Below are positions 1 to 14,153 of a stretch of DNA of 64,000 nucleotides, piece by piece. A program made the translations under genes and the position numbers. The notes under the pieces were generated by a model, which saw nothing but the letters and a program-made list of their open reading frames with translations, did not search any database and was not told the DNA's origin. Origin of the DNA: Anaeramoeba ignava BMAN (taxonomy: Eukaryota; Protista; Anaeramoebae); NCBI GenBank assembly GCA_028826165.1, contig JAPDFW010000116.1, positions 1-64,000 of the forward strand. Reading direction: 5' to 3'. Each line of letters starts with the position of its first letter. Position 1 is the first letter of the stretch.

Positions 1-3000
1 TATATTGATTCACTTATCATTTGTTAATTTAGAAGTATCAATTAAAAATTCTTGTTAAATCTTCTACTTGATTATTTAAAAAGAAACAAAATATCCATAA
101 TAATATCCATCTGGATTTAATATCTTATTTTGTTCTTCTTTTCTTGAATATCCATTTTTGAAAAATTTTATCAAATTTCTTTTTAATTTGTTCTTTTCTT
201 GAATATTTTCCAAATGTTTTTATTGTAAAAAATCATATTCTTGAAATATTTGTTCTGAAATATATTTTTGAATTTCTTCATTTTTAATTTTTGAATATTT
301 GTTTGAATCTTGAATAATATAATGAATATTTAAAAATAAAATTTTTGATATTCTTCAAATAAATCATTTATATGTTCAATTTCTGGAAAGAATCTTTTTT
401 CATTGATAATAAATTTGTTTTGTTTTTTTGTTAAATCAAAATCATTTGTGTATTGGAAAAGAGTTAATAAAAATGTGAAACTCATCCATTTTAAATCATT
501 TTCTTTAAATGTAAAATAATCTTTTAAATAATTGAAAATATTTTTCTTAAATTTTCATCTTTTTCTAATAATTTGAAAATATAACTAAATAATATTGAAA
601 ATAAATTTGGAAATTGAAATTCATTTTGATCTATTCCAAAAATTTGATTTTGATTTTGATTTTGATTTTGATTTTGATTTTGATTTTGATTTTGATTTTG
701 ATTTTGATTTTGATTTTGATTTTGATTTTGATTTTGATTTTGATTTTGATTTTGATTTTGATTTTGATTTTGATTTTGATTTTGATTTTGATTTTGATTT
801 TGATTTTGATTTTGATTTTGATTTTGATTTTGATTTTGATTTTGATTTAGATTTATTCCAAAAATTTCATTTTGATTTTGATTTTGATTTTGATTTTGAT
901 TTTGATTTTGATTTTGATTTTGATTTTGATTTTGATTTTGATTAATTAATTTTTTTGTAATAATTTTGAAATTGTTCAAGAATGAATTTATTTTTTCTTT
1001 TTTTTGAATTTGTTTTATAATAATTTGGAAATAATTTTCAAATAAATTAATTTTTTCATTTTGATTTTTACATAATTGAGAAATATCAATAATAGATTCC
1101 GAATGTTTATCATTTTTGGAAAGTTTAAAATTTTGAAATAAATTTTGAAATTCTTGAGTTTGATTAATTTCTTGTAAATTATATTTGTTGAGAAATAATA
1201 TGTAAATTTCCATCCATTTATCAAATAATTTTTTAAAATCTTTTTTAAAATCTTTTTCAAATTCTTTCATTTTTTTCATTTCAATTATAAATTCATAAAT
1301 TTTATCAAGTGGAATTGAAATAATTGTTAAATCATTTGATAAATTGTGATTATTTAAATAATTTTCAATAATTTCAATTTGTTTTTTGATAAATTTTGAA
1401 ATTAGATTTTCTTTTTGAATTTGAATTTGGATTTGAATTTGAATTTCTTTTTCTATTTCTTTTTCTTTTAAATCTCTTTTATCAATATTCAAACAATATT
1501 TATAAATTTCATAAATTTTTTGAAATATATTCCAATTAATTTTTTGTGAAATTTCTTTTAATGATAAATTTGTTAAATCTTCATTTTTTTCAAATTGATA
1601 AATGAAATCAGAAATATTTCCAATATATTCTTCTAAAAACTTTTGTTCTTCTTTTGTAAAAGATATTTTTGTAAAATCACTCATAAATGCTTCTAGAAAT
1701 ATTTGTGAACCTATTTTAGGATTAGTTGAATATCTTTCAGACCATTTAATAATAGGTTTTTCTATAATTTCTTGAATTATTTTGTTTTCTTCTTCTTGTT
1801 GTTTTGTTTCTTCAAATAATTTGAAATAAAAATATTGGAAAAATGGGAAATTTGAATTATTAAATTGATAAGTAAGAATATTTTGGAAATGTGGAATTTT
1901 TAAATTTTTGAATATCTTTTCCCATAATTTTTGAATTTCATTGGTGTTTTTTTGATTAATAGGAAAAAGTTTGAAATTATCATTAATCATAATATTACTG
2001 AATAAAATAGCAAATATAGTTTCTAATTTTTCTTTAAATTTAAATTGAATAAATGAAGTTAATGATTCATTTCTTCTTTTCTTTTCAAATTTTTCATTAA
2101 TATTCCATTCATATAATTTGATATTTCCATTTGTTCCTTTTTGGATCATTTCTCTTATTTTTTTCATTAAAATTTCTTTGTTTTTTGATAATTTCATTTC
2201 TTCAAAAAATGTTTTGGTTTTTTCAATTTTTTTCTTTGAATTTAAAAATTTAAGAATAGAAATTGGAATAATTAATTCAAATATTTTTTCCCAATTTTCT
2301 TCAATAACTTTTTCTAAATAATTTCCAGGGAATGTTGTTTTCAAATCAATATTCATTTCAAAATCATATTGGAAAATATCATCAATATAATAATATTCAA
2401 AATTTTTTTCAAATGAAAAATGGAATGTATTTGTTTCTTCTTGATTTGATGAAATATGAACAATAAACATAAGAAAGCATTTAATTTCTTCTTTTTCTTT
2501 TTCAATTATATTTTCAATTAAATGTTTGAATTGATAAAATATTTTTCTGATAAATTTCTTGTTGGTGTAAAATGAATAATTAAAAATGAAATTTGGATCT
2601 TTTTTCTTTGATTCTTCTTATCCATTTGATGATTTTGATTTGATTTTTGAGGAAATATTCCAAGAATATCTTTAATTTTCTTTTTGAAATCTTTTTCATT
2701 ATCAAATTCAGAAATATTTAATTCTTCAATATTAAATCCTTTAATTTCAATATTTTTTGATTTTGATTTTAATGATGATAATGTTAAAATGATTGATTTT
2801 TGAATTTTCTTTGGTTTTAATTCATTTTGAATTAATTCATTTAAATTATTATGATATAAACTATTATATCTTTCACAAAAATATTTTAAATATAAATATT
2901 CATTTATTCCCATTTCTAATTCAATTTCAATTTCATTTTCATTTTCATTTTCTTTTTGATTTTGATTTTGATTTTTATTTTCTTTTTCATTTTGATTTTC

Positions 3001-6000
3001 CTTTTCAATTTGATTTTCATTTTTCGAATTTTGGATTTAAATTGTTGAATTTTTGTTGTATTAAAAAATATTTTCAAAATTACAAACTCTCATCCACATA
3101 TTAACTCCTTCAAAAATCAAAAATTGTTTTATTTTCTTTCATTCTTATTTTCTTTTTGAAATTATTTCTTGAAGTTTTATTGCAAGTGATGGAAATAATC
3201 CAGAATGATAAGAAACAATTAAATCTTCTTTTTTAATTTTTGAATATTCACAAATTTTTTTGATTATTTCTTTTTGTTGTTCATAAAATTTTCGAATAAT
3301 TCCAAATTCAATAAATTCATCTAATTTCAATAAATATTTTTCAAATCTATTTAAAATAGCTGGTGTTTCATTATGATAAGCATGACTTTTATCACAAATT
3401 GAAATTAATCTGAAATTAGGATCAATTTTAATTAAATTTCCAATATTTCCCATTGAAATTTGTGCATAAAGATTATTTCCTTCTTTGATATAATTTTGAT
3501 TTAATAAATCATATAAAGGTAGAAATAAATCGTTATTATTATATAAAATAATTATTCCTCCTTTTCTTATTGAATTTTCAACTTTATGTAAATCTTTAAT
3601 AATTTTAACTTTTGTTTGATCTTTTGGGAAAGAATTTCCAAAAACAACACTAATTTTTCTTCCTTCTTCTTCAATTAAACTTTCAATAATTTGTAAAAAT
3701 AATTGGTAAATTTAAAGTTTCATCAATTAAAATCATCATATTTCTTGAAAAATCTGAAATTTTATTTGGATTATTTAATCCATAATTTTCAAATATTCTT
3801 TTTTGAATATTTTGAGAAATGAGTTCTTTTGTTGTTATTTTTGTTAATGATATTAAATTTAATGAATTGGATTCATTTTGAAATTGAGAAATATTTTGAA
3901 TAATTTCTGGTTTGGAATTAAAATTTCTTAATAAAGCATTTGAAATTAAATCTGGATTATTATAAGAAATGTTATGAGTTATATAAGAATATCCAATCAT
4001 TTTAACAAAATAATAAAAATCTCTAAGTCCAAAATAAGGTTTCCATTCTGAATCTTTTTCTTTTTCTTTTTGATTTTTGATAATATTTTTGTAAATTCTT
4101 GAAAGACTATCTGCAAATAGTTCTGGGATTTTAGAATTCATTCCTGTATTTTCTGAACATAATATTTGTTGAGCTGTTGTTTCAATTTCTGTTATTGAAT
4201 CTCTATAAATAAGAATTCCTCTATTCATATTACTTGGATCTAAAATCCAATTTGATATTGAAACAACTGAAACTGTTTTCATTTCTTTTAAAATATCTTC
4301 TAATTTTTCATTTTCATTTTTATTTTTATTTTGATTTTGATTTTTATTTTGATTTTGATTTTGATTTTGATTTTGATTTTGATTTTCATTTTCATTTTGA
4401 TTTTCATTTTGATTTTGATTTTGATTTTGATTTTGATTTTGATTTTGATTTTCATTTTGATTTTGATTTTGATTTTGATTTTGATTTTCATTTTGATTAA
4501 ATCTTTTTTGAAGTCTTTTTGATAATTCTTTTTCTGATTCTTCAAGTTTTGAATGAAGTGTTTTAAGTGGAAATTCAGAACTCCATTCTGCAAGTGCAAT
4601 TTCATCAAGAACAACAACTCCTAAATTATTTTCATTTTCTGTATTTTGTTTAGCTAATTTGAAAACTTCTTCAATTTCTTTATTTGTTGTTATTTGTGAA
4701 CATTGAATAAAAGATTGATAAAGAGATCTAAGGTTAAGTTTTCTTAATAATTCATTAATTTCAAATGGTGGTTTAAAAGATTTTAAAATGACTTCAAGAG
4801 AAATTGATTTTGAAGTTCCTATTTATTATTTAATTAATTTAAATTTTTAATTTTAATTTTAAATTATAAATTATAATTTTAAATTATAATTTTTTACCTG
4901 GTTTCCCAATAATAAATAAAGGTATTTGAGTATAAATTGAAATATAAAGCAATAAACAATTTTCTTTTAATGCTGTATTTTTTGCAATCATTTTTTCTTT
5001 AAAATTATAATCTAAATTTTCAATTAAATTTGTTTTAGCATTTTCAATCATTTCTTTATAATCTTTTGATTTTCCATTTCCAAAAATTTTAATCGAATAT
5101 TTTTTTCTTTTTTTTTGATTTTTTTCTCTAACTTCATAACAAACAAAAAGAGATAAATAAATTGCTTTTTGAATTATTATTCCAATTTCTTCTTTTTTTT
5201 CTTTAATCTGTTTTAAATCAATTTGTTTTAAATCAATTTTATCTTTTAATAAAATTATACCAGCTCTTGATCTTGATTCATAAATCCATCTAAATATTCT
5301 AAGAGTTCTTGAAATATCTCTAAGTGAAACTTTTGAAGCTAAATTCTTTTTTTCATTTTGGTTTTGATTTTGATTTTGGTTTTGATTTTGATTTTCTTCT
5401 TCTCTAATATATTGATGAGATTTTTGAATATATTCAATAAAATTTTCCATAAATTCTTTGATTCTTTTAATATCTTCTTCTTTTTTAAAAATAGAATCAA
5501 ATGTATTTTTAACCATTTTTTGAATATAAGGTAATTCTTGTTCTTTTTGAAGTGAATTAAAATTTAATATTTGTTTTTGTAAAGAATCTGGAAGTTTTTG
5601 AACTCTATAAACTGATTTTTGAATTTTCTTATTTTCTTCATTTTCATCATCTTTTTGATAAAATAATCCAAATCTTTCATATTCTTTTCTATCCATTTCA
5701 CTTCTTTTTCTATATGGATTAATTGCTGCTATTAATCTTATATTTGTTGATATCTTTTTCTCATTAAACATTTTATCAATAAATAAATATTTGAAAATTG
5801 GAATAAAAGATTTTGGAGCTGTATTTAATTCATCAAAAAGTATTATAAATGGTTTTGGAAAATATTTTTCTCCTTCTTCAATTAAATTTTGAATATCTTT
5901 TTTCTTTATAGAATTATTAACATTTAATGTTTTGATTTTTTGTTCCAAAATAGTTTCAAATAAATATTCAATTAATGAAGTTTTTCCACATCCAGTTTCT

Positions 6001-9000
6001 CCACTTATAATTGTTGGAAGATTAACAAAATTTCTGAATTGAAGAAATAACATTTTAGAAACATTATCAAAAGTAAGAACATATTTTGATTTTCCTTTTT
6101 TATGTTCTTCAATTAATTCTTTATCAATTTCTTTTGGATTAAGAGTAGAGAAAAATTCGAAAATTCTTTCAATTTCTTCTTTAGAATTGAAAGTATCAGA
6201 AAATTTTGATTCTACTAAACCTAAATTTATTGTTATTTTTTCAGGATTGTATAATAAGGGAGAATTTTTTGAATATTTTTTTATAAATATTCCAAATCCT
6301 GAAAAAAAATGATCTAATTTTTGTTCGTTTGTTGATTTAATTGAAATTGGAATAATATTTTCATTTTCATTTTTAAATTGTAATTTTGGAAGAAAAGTAT
6401 AAAAATTATCAAAAATATTTTTGTTTTCTGATAATAAAGGAAATAAAATAAATCTTGAAATTGAAAGAAACCAACTTTTAAGGATTGATCTTGTTAATTT
6501 TTTCGATTTCTTTTCTTTGACTTTTAGAAAATCCCATTCTAATATTAAATTAATAAATACTTTTAATGAATTCCAAAATTGTGATAATAATCTAAATGTG
6601 TAAATATTTTTCATATTTCCTCTATTAAATTGATTTAAAACAATAGAAATATTTTTTTCAATTAATTCAATAAATCTTTTTGGATTTGGTTTATCATCTT
6701 TTTCTAATATTTCTTTAATATTTTCAATTCTATCTGGTTCATTTAGAATTTGTTTATCTTCTAATTTTATCATTAAATTTGCAACTTTTTTTAATTTTTC
6801 ATCTTCTTTTTCAATTATTTTTTGATTTGAATCAATTTCATAATTTTGGAAAACAAAAGAATCTTTGTTATAATTTAAATAATGTAAATTAAATTGATAA
6901 AGTGGATAAAAAGAATTCCACATTTTTTCATTTCGATTTTCATTTTGATTTTGAATTTGATTTTGATTTTGATTTTGATTTTGATTTTGATTTTGATTTT
7001 GAGTTTGAATTTGATTTTGATTTTGATTTTGATTTTGATTTTGATTTTGATTTTGATTTTGATTTTGATTTTGATTTTGATTTTGATTTTGATTTTGATT
7101 TTGATTTTGATTTTGATTTTGATTTTGATTTTGATTTTGATTTTGATTTTGATTTTGATTTTGATTTTGATTTTGATTTTGATTTTGATTTTGATTTTGA
7201 TACTTTTCTTGTTTATTAGGAATTTCAAATAAAAGAATTATGTTTGATTGAATATTCCAACAAAGAGATTTTGATGATTTTGGATTTGAATTTTCAATAG
7301 ATCCCCACATTGTAAGTTGCCAAATTGCATCTGAAATTTCAATAGAACATTTATTTGGAAATTCAATATGAATGAATATTGTTTCTTTTTCTTTTTCTTT
7401 TTCTTTTAATTGATTTGTAATTTGATTTAATTTAGAAATCATTTCAGAAATTGTTCCTTTATTAAGTTGAATAATTTGATATTTATAATTATTTGTTTTT
7501 CCTTTAAAATCAAAACAAAATTTTCTAATTTGAAAACTTTTTCCTTCACCTGTAAAATTTGAATAAAAAACATAAATATTGCGATAAATTGGTGAACATT
7601 CGATAATTTGTTTCAGATTTTTGTTAATTTCATCTCCAAAATCAATATTTAATTCTCCTTCTTGAAGTAAAGAAGATAAAAATGTTTTTTCTTGTTTTTG
7701 ATAAAATTCAAATATTATCATTGGTATTTTTGTAACGAAATCAATTGAATTTGTTTCAGAAATTAGAATATTTTGACATTTTTGAGATAATCTATCAGCA
7801 TGAATTATTGAAAATAATAATGAAAAAGAACCATTATTTTCTTGTATTTCATTATAATATTTATAAATTGAGAAAAAATTAATTATATCTTCAGGTTTTG
7901 TATTTGAATTACAAATCAAAATTTGTTCTCTTAATGGAAAATATTTTAAATATAAATAATAAATCATTGTAACATAATTCAATATTTTTGAATCTTCTGT
8001 AATTTTTATAATAAATATTTTTGGATTTCGAATTGATCCATCTCTTTTTTCATCGATTTGTTTTTTCAATTTAAATTGGATTTTTTGAAGATTTATGTTT
8101 TTTTCTATAATTGATAAATTTATTTTGGAAATGGAATCTTGAATAAATTTTAAGGAGAAACCTTCTTCAATTTTTTGAAAAAAAGATTTTGAAAAATCAA
8201 TTAAATCAATTTTTTCAAATTCTGGATTTATATATTCCATAAAATTTATTTTGTTAGTTCTTTTTTCTCCATTAATTAATCTGATAATTGATTTAAAAAT
8301 TTCATTTTGATTTTGATTTTGATTTTGATTTTGATTTTGATTTTGATAAATTAAAAGAAGTTGTTGATTGGTTAAAATTCCTTTTAAAGGTATTTCTTTT
8401 AATTTTTCTTCATCTTCTTTCCATTTTTTAAGATTTTCTTCAATTTTGTTATTAAATTGGTTTAATTCTTCGGAATAATCAAGTTTTTTTGATTTTTTTG
8501 AGTTTTGTTTGATTTTAAAAGGTTTATCAATTTCTTGAATTTTTTGATAATATTGAATTGGAATAAATCTTTTCAAATTTTGATAAATTTTATCAATAGT
8601 TTTAAATAATTCTTCATATTGTTGAATTAAAATATATTCTTTTTTTCGATTTTTTGATTGATTTTCTTGATTATCTCCCAATGCAATTTTTGGTTTTTTA
8701 TCTAATGCAACACTTAACATATTGATAAAATCTTCAATATTTCTTTCATTTGATTTTTCTGTTTGAATAATACATTTAAATAATGGTTCTTTCAAATAAA
8801 AAATTAATTTGCATCCTTTTTCAAAAATATTGGAAATATCTTGAAGTAAATTTGTAGATGAATATGTAAATTGTTGAATATCGAGTAATGGGAAATATTT
8901 AATCAATAATTTTACATCAATTTCTTCTTTTGTTTTTTCTTGAAATTTTATTTTCTTGATTTCATTTTGTAAAGAATGAAGATCATTAAATTTGTTTGAT

Positions 9001-12000
9001 AAAAGTATTGGTTTAAAAATATTTTTGAGACTAATTAAAGATTTTTTAAATTCTTTGTATAGAATAAAATCAATTGATTTTAATTTTTTCATTTCATTTT
9101 GAATTTCATTTTCATTTTTTGATTTTAACCAAATTAAGATTTCTTCACTACTTGATATTTGTTGAGAATTATTATTTGATGGAAATAATTCAATGATAAA
9201 TTCAAGAAGTTTATAATCAATATTAATTTTTTGATTCATTTCTTTTTCAAAATCATTTATTTGATTAATTTTCTTTTCTTTCCAAATATTTTGTAATTGT
9301 TCGATTTCTTTGGTTTGATTTGAATTAATTTCATTTCTTTCCAAAAAAATATTAAGGAAATTGGTAATTGAATTTATATTATTAATTATTTTTCTAATTT
9401 GGAAAAATTTTAAGATTTTTTTTTTGATTTTTTGAATTTTGATTTCTTCAATTTTTGGGAAATTGTTTTTTGTTAATAATTCAGAAATGAATTGTTCTTT
9501 GTTTAATGGGAATTTTTCATTTAATTCTTCCAATTTTGTTTCCATATTAATACTATTTTTCCATTTTTGCCAATTTGATTCTACTTTTTTACAAATTTTT
9601 AGAATTGATAATTTTTTGATTTCTTGATTTTGGTTTTGAAGAAATTCTTGAAATTGTTCTCTAAAAAATAAATTTTGATGAAATAAATCAATTGAATTGA
9701 TTTTTCTGTTTTCAATATTTTGGAAAAAATTTGAAAATTCATTTAAGGTTATTTCTCCTGATTTGATTTTTTCCCAATCTTTAAATTCTTTAATTATTTT
9801 TTCATCTTCAAAATTATCAAAAAATTCCTTCATTTTAGAAAGTTTATGATTTAAACTATTCAATTCCTTTTTGTTTTTTTTAATTTCATTTTGATTTTGT
9901 TCTTTTGTTTCTTCAATTTCATTAAATAAATTGAATATTTCATTAAATTTATTTTCATTAATAAGATAAAAATTAAAATCAGATATTGTTGCTTTTTCAG
10001 GTGATTTTAATTTTTGGAAATATTGATATAATTCTTTTTGATAATTTTTCAGTTCTTCATGAAATTTTTGAGTATCTTTTGAAACATTAATTGGTAAATA
10101 TTTGTTTATAGGTTTACTTTTTTGAAAGTTTAAAAACCAAATTATTGATTTTTTCCATAACTCTTGAAGTTTTCCATTTTCTTTAAAAATATCAATCCAA
10201 GTAATTTTTTGATTTTGATTTTGATCTTTCTTTTTCTTTTTTCTTTGATTTTGATTTTGATTTTGATCTTGGGAATTCAATTTTTTTCTCCAAATTTCTA
10301 ATTGAATTGATAAAGGAAGATATTTTATAAAATCAATTCTCATTAAATTTTGGAAATCATTTATTGAATCATTTTCACATAATTCTTGGATTTGATTTTC
10401 AAACTTTTCAATAAATTCTGCTCTTGGTTGATCTTTTTGAATTGCATTATTATTATAATTTTGGAATTCTTCAGATTTGAAAATTGAAATTGAATTTAAA
10501 ATCTTTTGGAGATAATTATTTTTTTTAAAGGAAGGTTGATTTAAAATTGAATCATTGATCACATTTGGAATAATAGTTGCAACTTGAATTATTTCATGTC
10601 TATTCCATTTATATTCATTTTTTTTAAAACTAAGGAAACATTCCATCCAAAATCGAAAACATTCTAATAAATTTGGAAATTTTGTAATTTTTAACTTATT
10701 TTGGAAATCTGGATTTAAAATAAGATAAACCTTTGATTTTTGAAAGAACTTTGAATAAATAAAATCAAACCAAATTTTGTTTTTATAACTGAATTTGTTT
10801 GAGAAAATTAATTCTAAAATTTGATTTGTTAATTTGAATTTTGTTTTTGATTGAAGATAAAATGAAATGATATTTTTAATATGAGAATTTTGGATAATTT
10901 CTTTTGATGGTGTAAATTCTTGGTTAAAATGGATGTAAAGAGGAAGAAATTCAAGATTTGAATTATCAATACATTTTGAATTATAATTATAAAGGAATTG
11001 ATTTAAGAATGAAAAAAGATTTTGATTTTGAGTATTTTGATGAGAAGAAATAATAATTTCATTTGCTTTTTGAAAATCTTGTTGTGTGCATTCATTAAAA
11101 ATTTTGGAAACAGAAGATTCACTATATTTTAATCCAATAACAAATAACATTCTTGCAAGAATTTCAGGATTTGATTTGAAAATAAGTTGAGTTTTCTCTT
11201 TAATTTCAAGTTTTTGTTTTTGGAATTGATCAAGAAGTTGCAGAAAATATTCAAAATCTGAAATGTATTCTTTTTGAATTGTATAATTAATAATAGCATC
11301 AATTATTCTTGCTCCTTTTTTTTTCTCTTTTTCACTTAAATCATAAATAATTGTTTTTGGATTTTGATTTTGATTTTGATTTTGAATTTGAATTTGAATT
11401 TGAATTTTTTTGGATTCTTGATTATTGATTGAATAAGAAATATTTTTTGAAGAAGAAATAAAATTGAAAAAATAAACATTTTTATAAGTAAAAACATTTT
11501 CAGCTTCTTTTTTTTCAGGTTCTAAAATATAAAGTTTTGGTTTTTTTTCTTTTTGAGCAAATAAAATGAACAAAATTTCTTTTTCTTTTTCTTTTTCTTT
11601 TTCATTTTCTTTTTGTAATTTGAATCTGAATTTTGGAATCTGAATTTTTAGAATTTGATTTTGATTTTGATTCTTTTTGATTTTCGGTTTGATTTTGATT
11701 TATATTTTTGATTTTGGTTTTGATTTTGATTTTTTTTTTTTTTTTCTTTTTTTTGATTTTCATTTTGGTTTTGATTTTTGGTTTTGGTTTTAATTTTGAT
11801 TTTGATTTTGAATTTGGTTTTGATTTTGGTTTGTGTTTGTGTTTGATTTGTGTTTGTGTTTTTGTTTGTGTTTTGTTTTTTTGTGTTTGTGTTTTGATTT
11901 TGTTTTTGTGTTTGTTTGTTTGTATTTGTGTTTGTGTTTATGTTTGTGTTTGTGTTTGTGTTTGTGTTTGTGTTTGTGTTTGTGTTTGTGTTTGTGTTTG

Positions 12001-12040
12001 TGTTTGTGTTTGTGTTTGATTTTGAATTACTTTGGTTCAT
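1..12040 (-). CDS. RNF213/mysterin-like giant AAA+ ATPase; continues past the left edge; several frameshifts
   Basis: First AAA module: Walker A GETGCGKTS, Walker B FDELN, AAINPYR and VSLRDISR. A 79-nt GT-AG intron (4897-4819) joins GKPG to TSKSISL, giving the second Walker A. Downstream motifs VVVLDEIALAE, SISNWILDPSNMNRG, FGLRDFYYFVK, FGNSFPKD, LYDLLNQNY and PAILNRFEK match the RNF213 AAA core. Probable start is ATG 12040 (NT/NQ-rich ORF 11648-12040). Single-base frame breaks at about 3695, 3050-3150 and near 1-520. Confidence 0.85.
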
Positions 12041-12322
12041 TTCCAGTTAAAATAAATGAAAATTTTTTAAAAAAAAAACAGGAAAAAAAATGAAAAAAAT
12101 TTTTTTCCGGTTTTTCAATTAAAATTAAAATTAAAATTAAAATTAAAATTAAAATTAAAATTAAAATTAAAATTAAAATTAAAATTAAAATTAAAATTAA
12201 AATTAAAATTAAAATTAAATTAGAATTAAAATCAAAATTAAAATTAAAATTAAAATTTTTCATTTTTCATTTTTCATTTTTCATTTTTCATAAATTTTTG
12301 TAAAAAAATAAAATAAACATAA

Positions 12323-13279
12323 ATGGATCCACAAAAACCAATTAACGAACATCAATACTGCAAACAATGCTACAGCGACGACATAATTGAAGATTACAAA
12401 ACAGGAGATTGGGTGTGTCGAAGTTGTGGATTAGTACTTGATAAAGTATTTGAAGAAGGAGAAGAATCACGAAAATTTCTGACTGATCACGGAACCAAAG
12501 ATCGGTCACGGGTCGGGGGACCTGAAAGTAAATTCGAAGACGACGGAGGATTAAAAACCGCGGTGATGATTACATCGCCCACAAGCGACAATAAGATTGC
12601 GAAGCAGCATAAACGATTCACGACAACATCAGATAAATTAGTGGGCGATGTTTTGTCAGAAATTGATCGCATCATCCACCGCATGAATCTTTCTCAGAGC
12701 ATTTTGTCGCACGCAAAGGAGCTTTTCCATAACGCACGAAGAATGAAGACTATCAAAAAAAAAGGATTTCAAGCAATTGCTGCTGCCTGTGTTTATTACG
12801 CCTTAAGATTGGATAATTATCCTCGAACTTTTAAAGAAATTTGTGCCTTTTCCAACGCAAACAAACGGGAGATTCAGATAGTGTATAAAACCATGCTTAA
12901 GAACCTTCAAAAGGATCCCCGTTATCGACCTCCGCCGCCAAGTGCCGAAAAACTAATGGCTCGTTTTTGTCGGAATTTAAATTTTAATCAAGAAATTACT
13001 AAACTTTGCGAGTTTGTTGCTAAACAGGCTCAATTAAAGGCTATCAAAGGCGCAAAATCCCCAGATTCTGTTGCTGCTGGTGTTATTTTACTTGTTGTTC
13101 GCTTCGCTAATCTTCCTAATGACTTCAAAAAATCTCCTGACCAAATTTCTGAAGCTACTGGTGTTTCTGATGGAACTGTTCGTGAAACTTTTCGTGAAAT
13201 TGCTCCCAAAAGAGCTGAATTGTTTCCTCCTGATTTTAAATTAATTGATAATGAAAAAAATCTTAAAGATGATAAATGA
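12323..13279 (+). CDS. GTF2B: Transcription initiation factor IIB (TFIIB)
   Basis: Intronless 318-aa ORF with an N-terminal Zn ribbon (CKQC...CRSCG), a B-reader-like ESRKF...RSRVGG segment and two cyclin folds (AAACVYYALR..PRTFKEI; KSPDSVAAGVI). Confidence 0.95.
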   Translation: MDPQKPINEHQYCKQCYSDDIIEDYKTGDWVCRSCGLVLDKVFEEGEESRKFLTDHGTKDRSRVGGPESKFEDDGGLKTAVMITSPTSDNKIAKQHKRFTTTSDKLVGDVLSEIDRIIHRMNLSQSILSHAKELFHNARRMKTIKKKGFQAIAAACVYYALRLDNYPRTFKEICAFSNANKREIQIVYKTMLKNLQKDPRYRPPPPSAEKLMARFCRNLNFNQEITKLCEFVAKQAQLKAIKGAKSPDSVAAGVILLVVRFANLPNDFKKSPDQISEATGVSDGTVRETFREIAPKRAELFPPDFKLIDNEKNLKDDK

Positions 13280-14153
13280 TTCTAATTCTAATTCTATTTC
13301 TATTTCTATTTTTATTTTTAATTCTATTTCTATTTCTAATTTTAATTCTAATTCTAATTCTAATTTTATTTCTATTTCTAATTCTAATTTTATTTCTAAT
13401 TTTAATTCTAATTTTAATTTTATTTCTAATTTTAATTCTAATTTTATTTCTATTTCTAATTTGGATAAATTTAGGAATTCTTTAAAAAATTTTAGAATGT
13501 TTCTTGATTATTTTAAATTTGATTTTTGATTTGGATTTGAATAAACTTAATTTTGATTTTGATTTTGATTTTGATTTTGATTTTGATTTTGATTTTGATT
13601 TTGATTTTGATTTTAATTTTGATTTTAATTTTAATTTTAATTTTGATTTTGATTTTGATTTTGATTTTGATTCTAATTTTAATTTTAATTTTGATTTTGA
13701 ATTTAATTTTAATTTTAATTTTAATTTTAATTTTAATTTTGATTTTGATTTTAATTTTGGTTTTGGTTTTGATTTTGATTTTGATTTTGATTTTAATTTT
13801 CATTTTCATTTTCATTTTGATTTTGATTTTGATTTTGATTTTAAATTTAATTCTAATTTTAATTTTAATTTTAAATTTGATTTTTGGTTTTGATTTTGAT
13901 TTTAATTTTAATTTTGATTTTGATTTTAATTTTGATTTTGATTTTGATTTTAATTTTAATTTTGATTTTGATTTTAATTTTGATTTTGATTTTGATTTTG
14001 ATTTTGATTTTTGGTTTTGATTTTAATTTTGATTTTAATTTTAATTTTAATTTTAATTTTAATTTTGAATTTAATTTTGATTTTAATTTTAATTTTAATT
14101 TTAATTTCATTTTTCATTTTTCATTTTTCATTTTTCATTTTTCATTTTTTTTA

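Noticed and set aside
595-945. ORFs of poly-FD, IL, IK, NF, YI, CV (also near 4234-4617, 6875-7232, 11708-12263, 13245-14110, 33638-34210, 54775-55185, 57660-57947, 60944-61350, 63415-63651)
   Set aside because: They are alternative-frame or antisense translations of hexamer microsatellites, not genes.
3050-3700. Euplotes-style programmed +1 frameshifting at AAA-TAA/TTT-TGA sites
   Set aside because: These contexts are expected by chance in such AT-rich DNA. The breaks fall in homopolymers, and opposite-sign single-base deletions also occur (MAD1 about 37864, BTB copy 2 about 50833, RING about 58142), which points to assembly error.
4884-11573. Intein or homing endonuclease within the AAA+ giant or other genes
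   Set aside because: No intein-like C/S...HN-C/S/T boundaries or LAGLIDADG blocks were recognised; the insertions are NQ repeats.
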